Assembly: GCA_938034975.1 (NCBI GenBank)
Contig: CALHNI010000017.1
Location: forward strand, 5,130-69,129
Source of the DNA: Candidatus Goldiibacteriota bacterium
GTDB taxonomy: Bacteria > Oederibacteriota > PGYV01 > DYJU01
Reading direction: 5' to 3'
DNA: 64,000 nt
Shown here piece after piece: positions 37,791-47,900 of this stretch. The notes beneath the pieces are model-generated. The model had not been told where the DNA came from, searched no databases, and saw nothing but the letters and a program-made list of their open reading frames with translations. Position 1 is the stretch's first letter. The number at the start of each line of letters is the position of its first letter. The position numbers were made by a program, and so were the translations under genes.

Positions 37791-39906
37791 TCAGGAAATA
37801 AGTAAAATAAGTAAAAATTTAGACCAAAAATCCATAGACCTTATACAAAAAGCTTTTAATATGGCTTTAAAAGGGCATTTGAATCAGAAACGAAAATCAG
37901 GTGAGCCATATATTACTCATTGTATTGAGGTTGCACAAATTCTAAAAGAGATGGGTATGGATGTGCGGACTATTGCTGCCGGGTTTTTACATGATATCAT
38001 AGAAGATACCAATTTTTCTCTGGAAGATATAAAAAAAGAGATTGATGAAGAGGTTGCATTTTTAGTAGAAGGGGTAAGTTATGTCACTGCAAAAATATTT
38101 AAAACAAAAGGAGAAAAATTCAGTGAATCATTAAGAAAGATGTTTTTGGCAATGTCAAGGGATATAAGAGTGGTAATTATTAAACTTGCCGACCGCCTTC
38201 ATAATATGAGAACTATTCAATATCTGGAAGAAGAGAATCAAAAGAAAATAGCTTATGAAACATTGAATATTTATGCTCCACTTGCGCATAGATTTGGGAT
38301 GCAGAAAATAAAATCCGAATTAGAGGATATTTCTTTTAAGATTTTATATCCTGAACAATACCAGCAGATAAATATGAAAATAAATGAAATAAAAGAACAA
38401 AGTGAAAAAAAAATAAATTCTTTGATAAAAATTATAAAAGATGAAATTGAAAAGAACAAAATATCAGCAGAGATTTATGGAAGAATAAAACATTATTATA
38501 GCATTTATCAAAAAATGATAAGGGAAAACAAAAACCTTGAAGATATTTATGATTTAATTGCGATAAGAGTAATAACAGATACTATTGCTAATTGTTATGC
38601 ATCTGTTGGATTGATACATAATGTTTTAAAACCTGTTCCGGGAAGATTCAAAGATTACATTGCCATGCCTAAAACAAATATGTATCAGTCATTACATACA
38701 ACTGTTCTTGATAATGATGGGATTCCTGTTGAAATTCAGATAAGAACTTATGAGATGAATAAAATTGCCGAAGATGGAATTGCAGCACATTGGGTATACA
38801 AAGAACAAAAGAAATTTGATACTAAATTAGATAATTATTTTTTATGGATAAAGCAGATTTTGGAATTGCAAAAGAATATAAAGGAAAGTGATGATTTTAT
38901 AAAAGAATTAAAAATGGATCTCTTTGACGAAGAAATTTTTGTTTTTACTCCAAAGGGTGAAGTCAAGGAATTTATAAAAGGAGCAACTGTTCTTGATTTT
39001 GCATATTCAATCCACTCAGAACTTGGCGATAAATGTATAGGTGCAAAGGTAAATGGCAAATGGGTTTCTTTTAAATATGAGTTAAAAAATGGCGATATAG
39101 TGGAAATATTAAAAGGTATAAATCAGCACCCAACGCTTGACTGGCTTAAAATTGTAAAAACTGCCAAAGCAAAAAACAGAATAAGACACTGGCTTAAAAC
39201 AAATAACGATCCCAAGGTGAACATAGATAAAGGAAAAGAACTACTTGATACAAGATTAAAAAAATTTGATATAGATTTGGATAAGATTCCGGATGAAGTA
39301 ATATCAGAGATTCTCAATATTTATAATTTTAATAAAATTGATGATTTATTTTTAAGCATAGGTTTCGGAGAAATTTCTGAAATAAAAATTGCCAATAATT
39401 TATTAAGATTGTTAAGAGAAAGAGAAAAACCAAAAAAAATAAAAGAAGAACACATTGAATCTAAAAGAATAATAAAAGGTGATATTATAGTAGATGATAA
39501 TTTGTCAGAAGTAATTTACAGATTTGCCAGATGCTGTAGCCCTGTTCCAGGGGATGGTATTACAGGCATATTAACCAAAAAGGGAATATCCATACACAGG
39601 AAAGATTGTTTAAATTTAAAAAAAGTATCAACACCGTTTATTGATGTCAGATGGAACGAAGATGTTAGTAATTTTTATTTAAGTAAAATAAAAATAATAG
39701 CGGAGAATAAAAAGAACCTGATAAATGAAATAGTAGATTTAAGTAGTAAAAATTTTGTTTATATATCATCTATGAGTTCTTCTGTTTTAAATGGAAATTT
39801 AAATTTGGAGATAACAATAAAAGTTAAAAATCAAAAAGCAATTGAAGAATTAATTGCTTTAATTAAAAAGATTGGAAATATAAAATATGTTGAAAGAATT
39901 ATTTAA
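37759..39906 (+). CDS. rel: Bifunctional (p)ppGpp synthetase/hydrolase (RelA/SpoT homolog)
   Basis: 715 aa. HD hydrolase motifs (HCIEVAQIL, FLHDIIEDT, RLHNMRT). Synthetase motifs (DLIAIRVI, YQSLHTTV, EIQIRT). TGS domain (VFTPKGE...GATVLDFAY) and a C-terminal ACT-like domain. Confidence 0.95.
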   Translation: MKENYMTVNYDQEISKISKNLDQKSIDLIQKAFNMALKGHLNQKRKSGEPYITHCIEVAQILKEMGMDVRTIAAGFLHDIIEDTNFSLEDIKKEIDEEVAFLVEGVSYVTAKIFKTKGEKFSESLRKMFLAMSRDIRVVIIKLADRLHNMRTIQYLEEENQKKIAYETLNIYAPLAHRFGMQKIKSELEDISFKILYPEQYQQINMKINEIKEQSEKKINSLIKIIKDEIEKNKISAEIYGRIKHYYSIYQKMIRENKNLEDIYDLIAIRVITDTIANCYASVGLIHNVLKPVPGRFKDYIAMPKTNMYQSLHTTVLDNDGIPVEIQIRTYEMNKIAEDGIAAHWVYKEQKKFDTKLDNYFLWIKQILELQKNIKESDDFIKELKMDLFDEEIFVFTPKGEVKEFIKGATVLDFAYSIHSELGDKCIGAKVNGKWVSFKYELKNGDIVEILKGINQHPTLDWLKIVKTAKAKNRIRHWLKTNNDPKVNIDKGKELLDTRLKKFDIDLDKIPDEVISEILNIYNFNKIDDLFLSIGFGEISEIKIANNLLRLLREREKPKKIKEEHIESKRIIKGDIIVDDNLSEVIYRFARCCSPVPGDGITGILTKKGISIHRKDCLNLKKVSTPFIDVRWNEDVSNFYLSKIKIIAENKKNLINEIVDLSSKNFVYISSMSSSVLNGNLNLEITIKVKNQKAIEELIALIKKIGNIKYVERII

Positions 39907-40094
39907 TTTACTTTTTGGATTTTGCCGGATTTAATACAAGTTGTGCAAACCCAGACTTTTTGTCTTTTGTTGTTCAATATGATTTTTATTTTTTGTAAAT
40001 TGGGTTTAACCCATTTTTTTGTTCTGTTTTTGGCATGAGAAACTAATGTGCCTTTAACCGGTTTTTTATTGCAAATTACACAAATTCTTGACAT
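39903..40094 (-). CDS. rpmB: 50S ribosomal protein L28
   Basis: 63 aa. MSRICVICNKKPVKGTLVSHAKNRTKKWVKPNLQK is the canonical L28 N-terminus. SD aggagg upstream. Confidence 0.93.
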   Translation of the reverse strand: MSRICVICNKKPVKGTLVSHAKNRTKKWVKPNLQKIKIILNNKRQKVWVCTTCIKSGKIQKVN

Positions 40095-40181
40095 ATTTTA
40101 ATCCTCCTAAAATATTTTTATTTTGGATTTTATAACATAAAAAAAAAATAAAAACAAGAGAAAAAATACAACCATAGTAAT

Positions 40182-40559
40182 CGGTTAGTTACGGGGGTGT
40201 AAAATAATTATTTTTTTTGTCCACGCACCCTTAAGTGGTGCGTATGTTTTTTGCCACGGTTCAAAATTTATATCCGGATATAATATAAATTGGATAGTGT
40301 AGAAGTGTCCCTATTTTGTAAAGAGGGAAAAAGGGAGATTTGGTGACATAGAAAATTAAAGGGAGATGAATCTAAAAAAGTGATTGAATGAGGCAAAAAA
40401 TCTCCCTTTAATCCCCTTTTGCCAAAGTGGGATTAAAACGAGAATGACTTTCAAGTCGCCGCATCATTTATGGATGCGTATGTATTTTTATATTCAAACC
40501 CCGTAGGCATGAAGCGTCCTGGAACAAAAGAATAATCGTCTCCCCTACATAACTAACCG
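40182..40559. other. Unassigned structured intergenic element bounded by a long-range inverted repeat (candidate ncRNA or MITE)
   Basis: cggttagtta(cgggg) at 40182-40196 is complementary to (cccct)acataactaaccg at 40542-40559. The interior has two similar GC hairpins each followed by tatgtNtttt (40223-40250, 40459-40486) and a family-2-like module (40296-40445). Confidence 0.3.
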
Positions 40560-40567
40560 GTTACCAA

Positions 40568-40601
40568 CCGTAAAAAAGCATTAGAAAATGCGTTTTTACG
40601 G
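40568..40601 (-). repeat. Solo H2 hairpin of family-1, immediately downstream of lptG
   Basis: ccgtaaaaaagc-attagaaaat-gcgtttttacgg. The loop is the reverse complement of the attttctaat loop seen in plus-oriented copies. Confidence 0.65.
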
Positions 40602-40622
40602 TTTTTATATAAAACAAAAAAA

Positions 40623-41729
40623 TTATTTTTTTACTTTTATTAAAACCATAAAACCAATAATCAAAAAGACAAAATTTGAAATCCAGGCAGATAAGAAAGG
40701 CGGAAATGTGGAAATTTTACCGAGTGACAGGCCTATTGTCAAAAAACCCATATAAAAAAAGGATGTAATAACAGTAAATACAAATCCTAAAGCGGCATTT
40801 AAAAAAGATCTTTGAGTTGAAAAAATAAAAGGTATTGAAACTCCAAGAAGCGCTAATATGAAAGTTGCGAAAGGAAAGGAAAATTTAATATGAAGATTTA
40901 CAAGTTCTTCGTTATATTTAAAACCACTTTCTTTTAAAACCTGTATTAATTTAAGTAATCTGAATATGTTTATTGTTAATGTATCTTCTGGGGAACGTTT
41001 GCGAATTATGAATTCTTCCGGGGTGTCTTTTGTAAACAGGTTATAAATTTCAAATTTTGATATTTCAATTTCTTCACCATTATTAAATTTTCTTATAACT
41101 CCGTCTTTTAATACCCATTTATCTTTGTCCCATTTTCCTTCTTTTGCATCAAGACGTTCAATTATATTTAATTCATTATCAATTTTTACTATACATATGC
41201 CGTTCATTATACCCAATAATCCATCAAAATATTTAATATAAAAAACCCTGCCTTCTGAACCTAATTTCGCGAGGTGATGTTTTATTTTACCTGATGATGG
41301 ATTTTGTTTTATTATAATATTTTCTTTTATATAATTTGCTTTTTCAGCCGTGTGAGACACAATTGTTTCGTTTACTAAAATAGAAAATAAACTAAGAAAA
41401 AATGCCAAAATTAAAACAGGTTTTATAATATCATAAAAGTTTATTCCAAGAGTTTTCATGGCAATAAGTTCATTGTATCTGTTAAACTGGCTGAAGATAA
41501 ATAATATGGCAAGCAATAACGCAAAAGGATTTGCTTCTGCAGCAATAAATGGTATTTTGTATAGAAAATAACTTGTTATAATGAAAAAATTGGGTTTATG
41601 TCTTATTATTAATGGGATTTCATCAAGAAACGTTGATATAAGTATAAATATGACGATTCCTGATAAAACAACCAAATATGCCTTAAAAATTTCCCTTAAT
41701 ATGTATTTATAAATTATTTTAATCTTCAT
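40623..41729 (-). CDS. lptG: LPS export ABC permease LptG (YjgP/YjgQ family)
   Basis: 368 aa. N-terminal YILREIFKAYLVVLSGIVIFILI, six TM helices with a central periplasmic beta-jellyroll region. Downstream partner of lptF. Confidence 0.8.
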   Translation of the reverse strand: MKIKIIYKYILREIFKAYLVVLSGIVIFILISTFLDEIPLIIRHKPNFFIITSYFLYKIPFIAAEANPFALLLAILFIFSQFNRYNELIAMKTLGINFYDIIKPVLILAFFLSLFSILVNETIVSHTAEKANYIKENIIIKQNPSSGKIKHHLAKLGSEGRVFYIKYFDGLLGIMNGICIVKIDNELNIIERLDAKEGKWDKDKWVLKDGVIRKFNNGEEIEISKFEIYNLFTKDTPEEFIIRKRSPEDTLTINIFRLLKLIQVLKESGFKYNEELVNLHIKFSFPFATFILALLGVSIPFIFSTQRSFLNAALGFVFTVITSFFYMGFLTIGLSLGKISTFPPFLSAWISNFVFLIIGFMVLIKVKK

Positions 41730-42877
41730 TGGTGAAAATTTTTTAACCTGATTTTAAAATATGGAGAAAATAATATATAAAACAGAAAAATTCCAGATAT
41801 AAACATAAAAAAGTTAGGTAACCATACCGCCAAAAAATGATTCATTTTTCCTTCGTATCCATAATACTGGCCAAAAGATAAAAAAACATAATAAATAAAA
41901 ATAAGAATAATTGAAAAACTTATTGCTGCTATTCTTCCACCTTTTTTTGTGAGAAGTCCGAGTGGAATACCTATGATTGCAAATGCAACTGAGGCAAAAG
42001 GAATTGAAATTTTTTTATATAATTCAATATAAAGCCAGTTTTTATCCTGTTTGCTTTTTTCTCCCTTTTTTATTTCTGCAATAAGTTCTTCGGCTGTCAT
42101 TTCCCTGGTTCCTTTTAATTCATTTGGATTCTGGTTTTTTCTTAAAACGCCTTTTATATCAAGGTCAATAAAATTTGTATCAAAATACGCCTGATTCATC
42201 TTATTTGGTGTTAAATATGACCCTATTTGCATACTTCCTATGTTTAATTTCAAAGCAATTCTTAATGTGTTTTCATCTGTTATGATTTCACCGGTTTTAG
42301 CTAAAATTAATTTGGGAGGATTTTTTTCATCAATACCTGATTTGACGAATACAATTATATTTTTTAATATATCTTTTTTATTATCTTTATCGCCAATATA
42401 AAAAACATAATTATCAAAATCATCAATAAATGCATGTTCCTGTATTAGTATAGAAGACCTTTTTTTTATAATTTCATAATATAATTTTTTATAGGAAAAA
42501 TTAGCAGAAGGTAAAACATAATTATTGAAAAATATCATTATTATCATTAAAAAAAGTGAAAGATTTATAGCAGGATTTGTTATTTTAAGTATACTTATCC
42601 CACTTGTCTGCATTGCTATATATTCATTATCCTGGACAAGGCGTGAATAAGTTAAAAGCACACCAACCAAAAAAGCCATTGGAACTGTTATTGCAACAGT
42701 TGATGGCAAAAGTAAAAATAAAAGTTTAATTATTTTGATAAGACCGACACCGTATTTTACGAATAAATCACTTAAAACAAAAAGAGAATTCATAATTAAA
42801 AAAAAAGTAAAAATTAAAAAACCAATTAAGGTTGTAAATGAAATCTCTTTAACTATATATTTTGTTATTATCTTCAT
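41726..42877 (-). CDS. lptF: LPS export ABC permease LptF (YjgP/YjgQ family)
   Basis: 383 aa. Motifs KYIVKEISFTTLIGFLIFTFFL and NEYIAMQTSGIS. 4-nt overlap with lptG. Confidence 0.8.
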   Translation of the reverse strand: MKIITKYIVKEISFTTLIGFLIFTFFLIMNSLFVLSDLFVKYGVGLIKIIKLLFLLLPSTVAITVPMAFLVGVLLTYSRLVQDNEYIAMQTSGISILKITNPAINLSLFLMIIMIFFNNYVLPSANFSYKKLYYEIIKKRSSILIQEHAFIDDFDNYVFYIGDKDNKKDILKNIIVFVKSGIDEKNPPKLILAKTGEIITDENTLRIALKLNIGSMQIGSYLTPNKMNQAYFDTNFIDLDIKGVLRKNQNPNELKGTREMTAEELIAEIKKGEKSKQDKNWLYIELYKKISIPFASVAFAIIGIPLGLLTKKGGRIAAISFSIILIFIYYVFLSFGQYYGYEGKMNHFLAVWLPNFFMFISGIFLFYILFSPYFKIRLKNFHQ

Positions 42878-44322
42878 CAGTTGCCTTTGTATTTTATAAA
42901 ATAATCAATGAATAATATTTTGTTTGCTTCATTTATTGTGTTTATTTTTTTAATGTTTTTTTCAAAAAATTTTTCCATTTCAAAACTTTCCCAGTCTTCA
43001 CTATAAATAAAGAGGCAGTTATAATCAATTAATTTTTTGTATTCTTTCCAAAACCTGTAGTTTTTTGACGACTCATGCTCTATTAAAATATACACTTCCG
43101 GATTACCATTTAAATAAAATGCCAATAGACTTGCAACCTGATAATGCCTTGCTGCCATGAATATTTTGTTGTTTTGTTTCAATTCATTATATATGTTATT
43201 CACTTTAATAGCAATATTTTTATAACCGTAGGATTTTGAAAGAGCATTTGATGATTTAATAAAGGGGGTGTTTGCATAAAATGGCAGTAAAAGATAAATT
43301 ACAGAACAGATTGTTAAACCAAAAATAATTGAAAAATAAAAATATTTTTTTAAAAAAGCGTTGCTTGAGTTTAACATATAATTGGTTGCCAGGAAAAAAG
43401 CAGGCAGATATATAAATCCAGGCCAGTTTGCCTCTATTTTACTTTTAAAGCTTAAAACAAGAAAAATAATTTGCGGAAAAATAAAAATAACAGATAAAAA
43501 TAATTCATAATATGTTTTCTTTTCCTTTATTTTAATAAAAGATGAAATATAAAAAAAGAAAAAAAGAAAAGGATTTAAAAGTAATAACTGGCTAACGAGG
43601 AAATTTAAAAAATTATTTAAATTTATATTTTTTTCAACACCGCTCCTTATAAGTAGGTAATTTATATTGGCAAAATTATGATTAATATTCCAGAATACAA
43701 CAGGACTTAAAAAAATAATTGAAAAAAACGTAAATAACAAAAAACCATTTAAATATTTTTTATGATCATCTGTTAAAAAAATGAAAAGAAATATAGCGGG
43801 GTAAATAATCAAGACCGTAAATTTACTCATTATTGCAATCGCATAAATAATACCGCTTATTGCCCAATATTTTAAATCTTCCGGTTTTTCAATAATAAAA
43901 AGAAAAATATAAATTAACAAAGTGTAAAAAAATATCATAATCGTATCATGCATCATAAGTATTGCCAGACCACAATAAAGCAGGGAAGAATTAATGGCAA
44001 TTAAATTGAAAAAATTATTTTTTTGTGATTTGTCATCATTATAAATTTTTTTATAAATCAAAAAACAAAAAATCAGTGTGAGCGTGAAAAAAAAGACAGA
44101 ACCAGCCCGAACTGTAAATTCATTATTTATTTTATTAAATAAAGTAAAAATAAAAATAACCAGAGCAAGAACAGGACCTTGTTCATAATATGCAAAATCA
44201 GGATGCCTTGACCATTGCCAGTAATATGCTTCATCACCAAGCAATGGAAATAAATTTATAATAATAAAATGAATAATAGTTATAAAAATTATGAAAAAAA
44301 ATATTAAATTTTTGTAATTCAT
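42877..44322 (-). CDS. GT-C glycosyltransferase, family 39/83-like (ArnT/PMT-like)
   Basis: 481 aa. N-terminal LFPLLGDEAYYWQWSRHPDFAYYEQGP matches the DEAYYW..WS signature of ArnT/PMT_2 proteins. About 11 TM helices and a soluble C-terminal domain. Confidence 0.8.
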   Translation of the reverse strand: MNYKNLIFFFIIFITIIHFIIINLFPLLGDEAYYWQWSRHPDFAYYEQGPVLALVIFIFTLFNKINNEFTVRAGSVFFFTLTLIFCFLIYKKIYNDDKSQKNNFFNLIAINSSLLYCGLAILMMHDTIMIFFYTLLIYIFLFIIEKPEDLKYWAISGIIYAIAIMSKFTVLIIYPAIFLFIFLTDDHKKYLNGFLLFTFFSIIFLSPVVFWNINHNFANINYLLIRSGVEKNINLNNFLNFLVSQLLLLNPFLFFFFYISSFIKIKEKKTYYELFLSVIFIFPQIIFLVLSFKSKIEANWPGFIYLPAFFLATNYMLNSSNAFLKKYFYFSIIFGLTICSVIYLLLPFYANTPFIKSSNALSKSYGYKNIAIKVNNIYNELKQNNKIFMAARHYQVASLLAFYLNGNPEVYILIEHESSKNYRFWKEYKKLIDYNCLFIYSEDWESFEMEKFFEKNIKKINTINEANKILFIDYFIKYKGN

Positions 44323-44383
44323 ATTAAATTAAATCCTTATTTTTTTAAAACATAATAACATAAAAAAGAAATTCATTAAAGAG

Positions 44384-44604
44384 TATAAAAACGCGTTAGA
44401 AATTGTGTTTTTACGGAAAAACAAACTGTTTTTATTATTTTTATTTAATAAATTTTCATTTTTATAATACATTACTTTTATTCATCTGTTCTTTTATTTC
44501 AAATAAAACAAAAGTGTTGTTTTAAATATTATATATTCCTTTAATAATAATTTTTTTGTATGTTTTTCTCCTGAAAATCGCAATCATCTATAGCGATTTT
44601 CAGG
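44384..44604 (-). repeat. Family-1 intergenic repeat, copy E (complete, minus orientation)
   Basis: Plus-strand order is H2rc (44384-44416), core rc (ataatacattacttttattcatctg), internal hairpin aaaacaaaagtgttgtttt, then H1 cctgaaaatcgcaatcatctatagcgattttcagg (44570-44604). Confidence 0.75.
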
Positions 44605-44902
44605 TATTTTTTAAATTTTATTTATTTTTTATAACTAGAAACTTTTTTGTCAGATTTTTGTCTAAATTTAAAAGTTCTAAACAGACTTATATAAATAAAG
44701 TTTATGTGAATTTTACCGATAAAATAGTTATAACTCTATTTTTATACGAGTTATTGGATCTTTGCTATTTTCCCTTGAAAAGCCCCTATTTTAAAAAATT
44801 GGGGCTTTTCATTGAATTGCTATTTATACGATTAAATTTGAAAATAATAATTTTTTATTATAAAATAAAAAATAAAATAAAAGGAGTAAAACTATTTTAA
44901 AT

Positions 44903-47900
44903 ATGAAAAAACTAATTTTACTCTTATTAATAATAAACATTTTATCACCTATTTATTCTGCCCCTGTTTCTGAACAAATCATTATTGATCAAATAGGTTA
45001 CAGGACAGATGCAGATAAATTTTTCATGATTGCGGATCCAAGGACAGGTCAGAATTCTGCAATAACTTATGTGCCTGGTGCAACTGTTCAGCTACGTAGA
45101 TCATCGGATAATCAGGTAATGCAAATAATCACATTGAATGTGTTTAATAACGGGAATGAATATATGCCGGCAGGGGATGTTGTATGGCAGGGAAATTTTT
45201 CTTCTTTTACTACTCCGGGAATTTACCATATTTATGATCCAACAAATGACAGGCAGTCATATAATTTTGAAATTGGCAATAATATATATAATACAATATT
45301 AAGACAGGCAGTTAAATCATACTATTATCAAAGGTGTGGAACTGCCATTACTTCTAATTATGGAGGAACATGGACGCATGCAGCATGCCACACCCAACAA
45401 CAGAATGCTTTGCTATATGATGGTGGAGTTGTTCAAGGGACCCAAAGAAATGTATCAGGCGGTTGGCATGATGCAGGTGATTACAGGAAATATGTAACTT
45501 TCACTTTTACAACATTATGGGATTTACTCCATGCTTATGAATGGTTTTCTGACAGGTTCAGTGATGATACTGGTATTCCTGAATCGGGCAATGGTATACC
45601 GGATATTTTAGATGAAATAAAATATGAACTTGATTGGCTTTTGCGTATGCAAAAAACAGATGGGTCTTTATATTCTGGTGTTTTTGTAACAAGTGGAGGA
45701 AGTGGAGGACAAGGGGATCCAAGCACAGAAACAACAACTTATTATTATGCTAATTATTCAACCGCTGCAACAGTAACCGGTGCAATGGCATTTGCTTTAG
45801 GTGCTAGAATTTTTGCACCTTTTAATGCTTCATATTCTTTAACATTAAGAACAGCTGCTGAAAATGCATGGGCATTTTTGGAAACTCATACAAGTAATAT
45901 ACAATACAATCATAGTGGATTTCAAAATGCAAATGCTAACTGGGCAGATAATCATGAGAAACAAGGACGTGTTACTGCGGCAGCAGAACTTTTTCATCTT
46001 ACAGGTCAGAGTAAATACAGGGATTATGTTGATACCAATTATAACAGTTCTGCTACTCGGGAAAGCTGGGGGCATCAGCCGATATTAAGTGGATATTTTG
46101 AAACAGGAGGCTCTGCAATTATACAACGCGGACTTGTTTCTTATTGTCTTGCTCCTGGAGCAACAACAGCAGTTGTTAATGCCATTAAAAATTCATTAAA
46201 TCAGGGTATACAGAATCAGACATACGGCCAAAGAAATTCAGATGCATATAAAGCATATATGTGGGATGGGCATTACACCTGGGGTTCAAATCAATTAAAA
46301 GCAGAATGGGCAAATCTGGCTTTATGGGGAGTAAAATTAAATGTGAATCCATCTCTTTCTTCTGCTTATCAAAAAGTAGCAGAAGAATATTTACACTATT
46401 TCCATGGAAGGAATCCTTTGTCATGGTGTTATTTAACTCAGTCAAACAGTGCAGGTGCAGACAAACAAATAACGCAAATATATCATGGATGGTTCTGGGA
46501 TGGAACATCGTGGGATACAAATCCGGCACCTGGATTTCTGGCAGGTGGACCTAATGCAAATTATGTTCAGGATACACAAAATAGTGGTGGCACTCCTGTA
46601 TATCCGCCCGGTGGTGAGCCACGACAAAAATCATATAGGGATTGGAATACAAACTGGCCTGATTGTTCATGGTCAGTAACTGAACCTGGAATTTATTATC
46701 AGGCAAGATATGTGTTTTTATGTGCGGCATTTGCAGGCGCAGTTGCAACACCGACTAATACACCAACATCAACTTTTACAATAACACCAGGCGGACCAAC
46801 ATTGACTTTTACTCCAACTTTTACAACCACTATGACAAATACACCAACAGCAACTGCAACAACACCACCGCCTTTTTTATTAATATATGATGGTGATACA
46901 ACCGGCTATAAATTATCTGATGGAACAGTTTATAATGGCGGGACTGGAACAATAACTGAAATTGCTGGAGGAAAAACAGGAAACGGTATGAGGTTATATT
47001 ATACTAATCCTGCATGGTGGCAGGAACACAGATGGGATAAAACAGTAAATGTAAATATAGGTACAAATACTCATTTGGTTTTTGATGTAAAAGCAGAATC
47101 AGGTAGTGTTAATCAATTTTTAGTTAGAATAAACTGGTCAGATAATTATCCTAATGTTGCTAATTATCTTATAGAAGGTGGTGGAATAGATACAAACTGG
47201 AAAACAGCAAAAGTTCCATTGTCAGTCTTATTGGAAGCAGGGCAGACACAAATAGATTTTATTACTTTTATAAATAACTGGAATGCTGATTATACGGTTA
47301 TTGTTGATAATATACGGTTAGAAGGGGGAGATCCCACACCAACAAATACTTCTACTTTTACCTTTACAAATACTGTAACCAGGACAAACACTTCAACCAG
47401 AACAAATACTGCTACAATGACAAATACCTATACTTTAACCAATACGCAAACAAATACAGCAACATACACACCATCAAGCACATCAACAATGACAAATACA
47501 ACTTTATTTACTAATACACCAACAAATACACCAACAAATACTTCTACTTTGACATCAACATCAACATCAACTTTAACAAGGACTTCAACTTCAACACCGA
47601 CAGTTACTTCAACTGTTCAAAAAGTAATTGTTGGTGCTATAAGGTGGGATGCATGGACAGGACCACAGAATTATATAGGAACTCAGGTAGAAAAGACATT
47701 GAGTCCTTCACAATATCATTACAGAATTCCTTTTTATGGAATAGAATATTCTTCAAATTCTGTAAATATCCAGTGCACGACACAGGAGTGCATAGACCAG
47801 GAAATATCCTATGCAGCTTCAATGTGTCTGGATTACTGGGCATTTATCTGGTATCCGGCATCAAGCGGATTACAACAGGCGCTTAATCTTTATTTATCAA

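Noticed and set aside
40100-40622. Possible RNase P RNA, tmRNA, SRP RNA, 6S RNA or tRNA in the large lptG-rpmB gap
   Set aside because: I read both strands. There is no GAGGAAAGUCC/ACAGAA/GGCUUA (RNase P), no GGGG...tag ORF...T-arm-CCA (tmRNA), no GGAAGCAGCC-type SRP domain IV and no cloverleaf with a GTTCRANYC T-loop. I kept it as an unassigned element instead. 6S RNA cannot be excluded from sequence alone.
44556-44900. 114-aa plus-strand ORF upstream of the GH9 gene
   Set aside because: It starts inside repeat copy E (the H1 hairpin), runs through the AT-rich promoter/leader region and the 44777-44810 hairpin, has a low-complexity F/I/K/L-rich translation and has no SD. It is most likely a non-coding region free of stops by chance.
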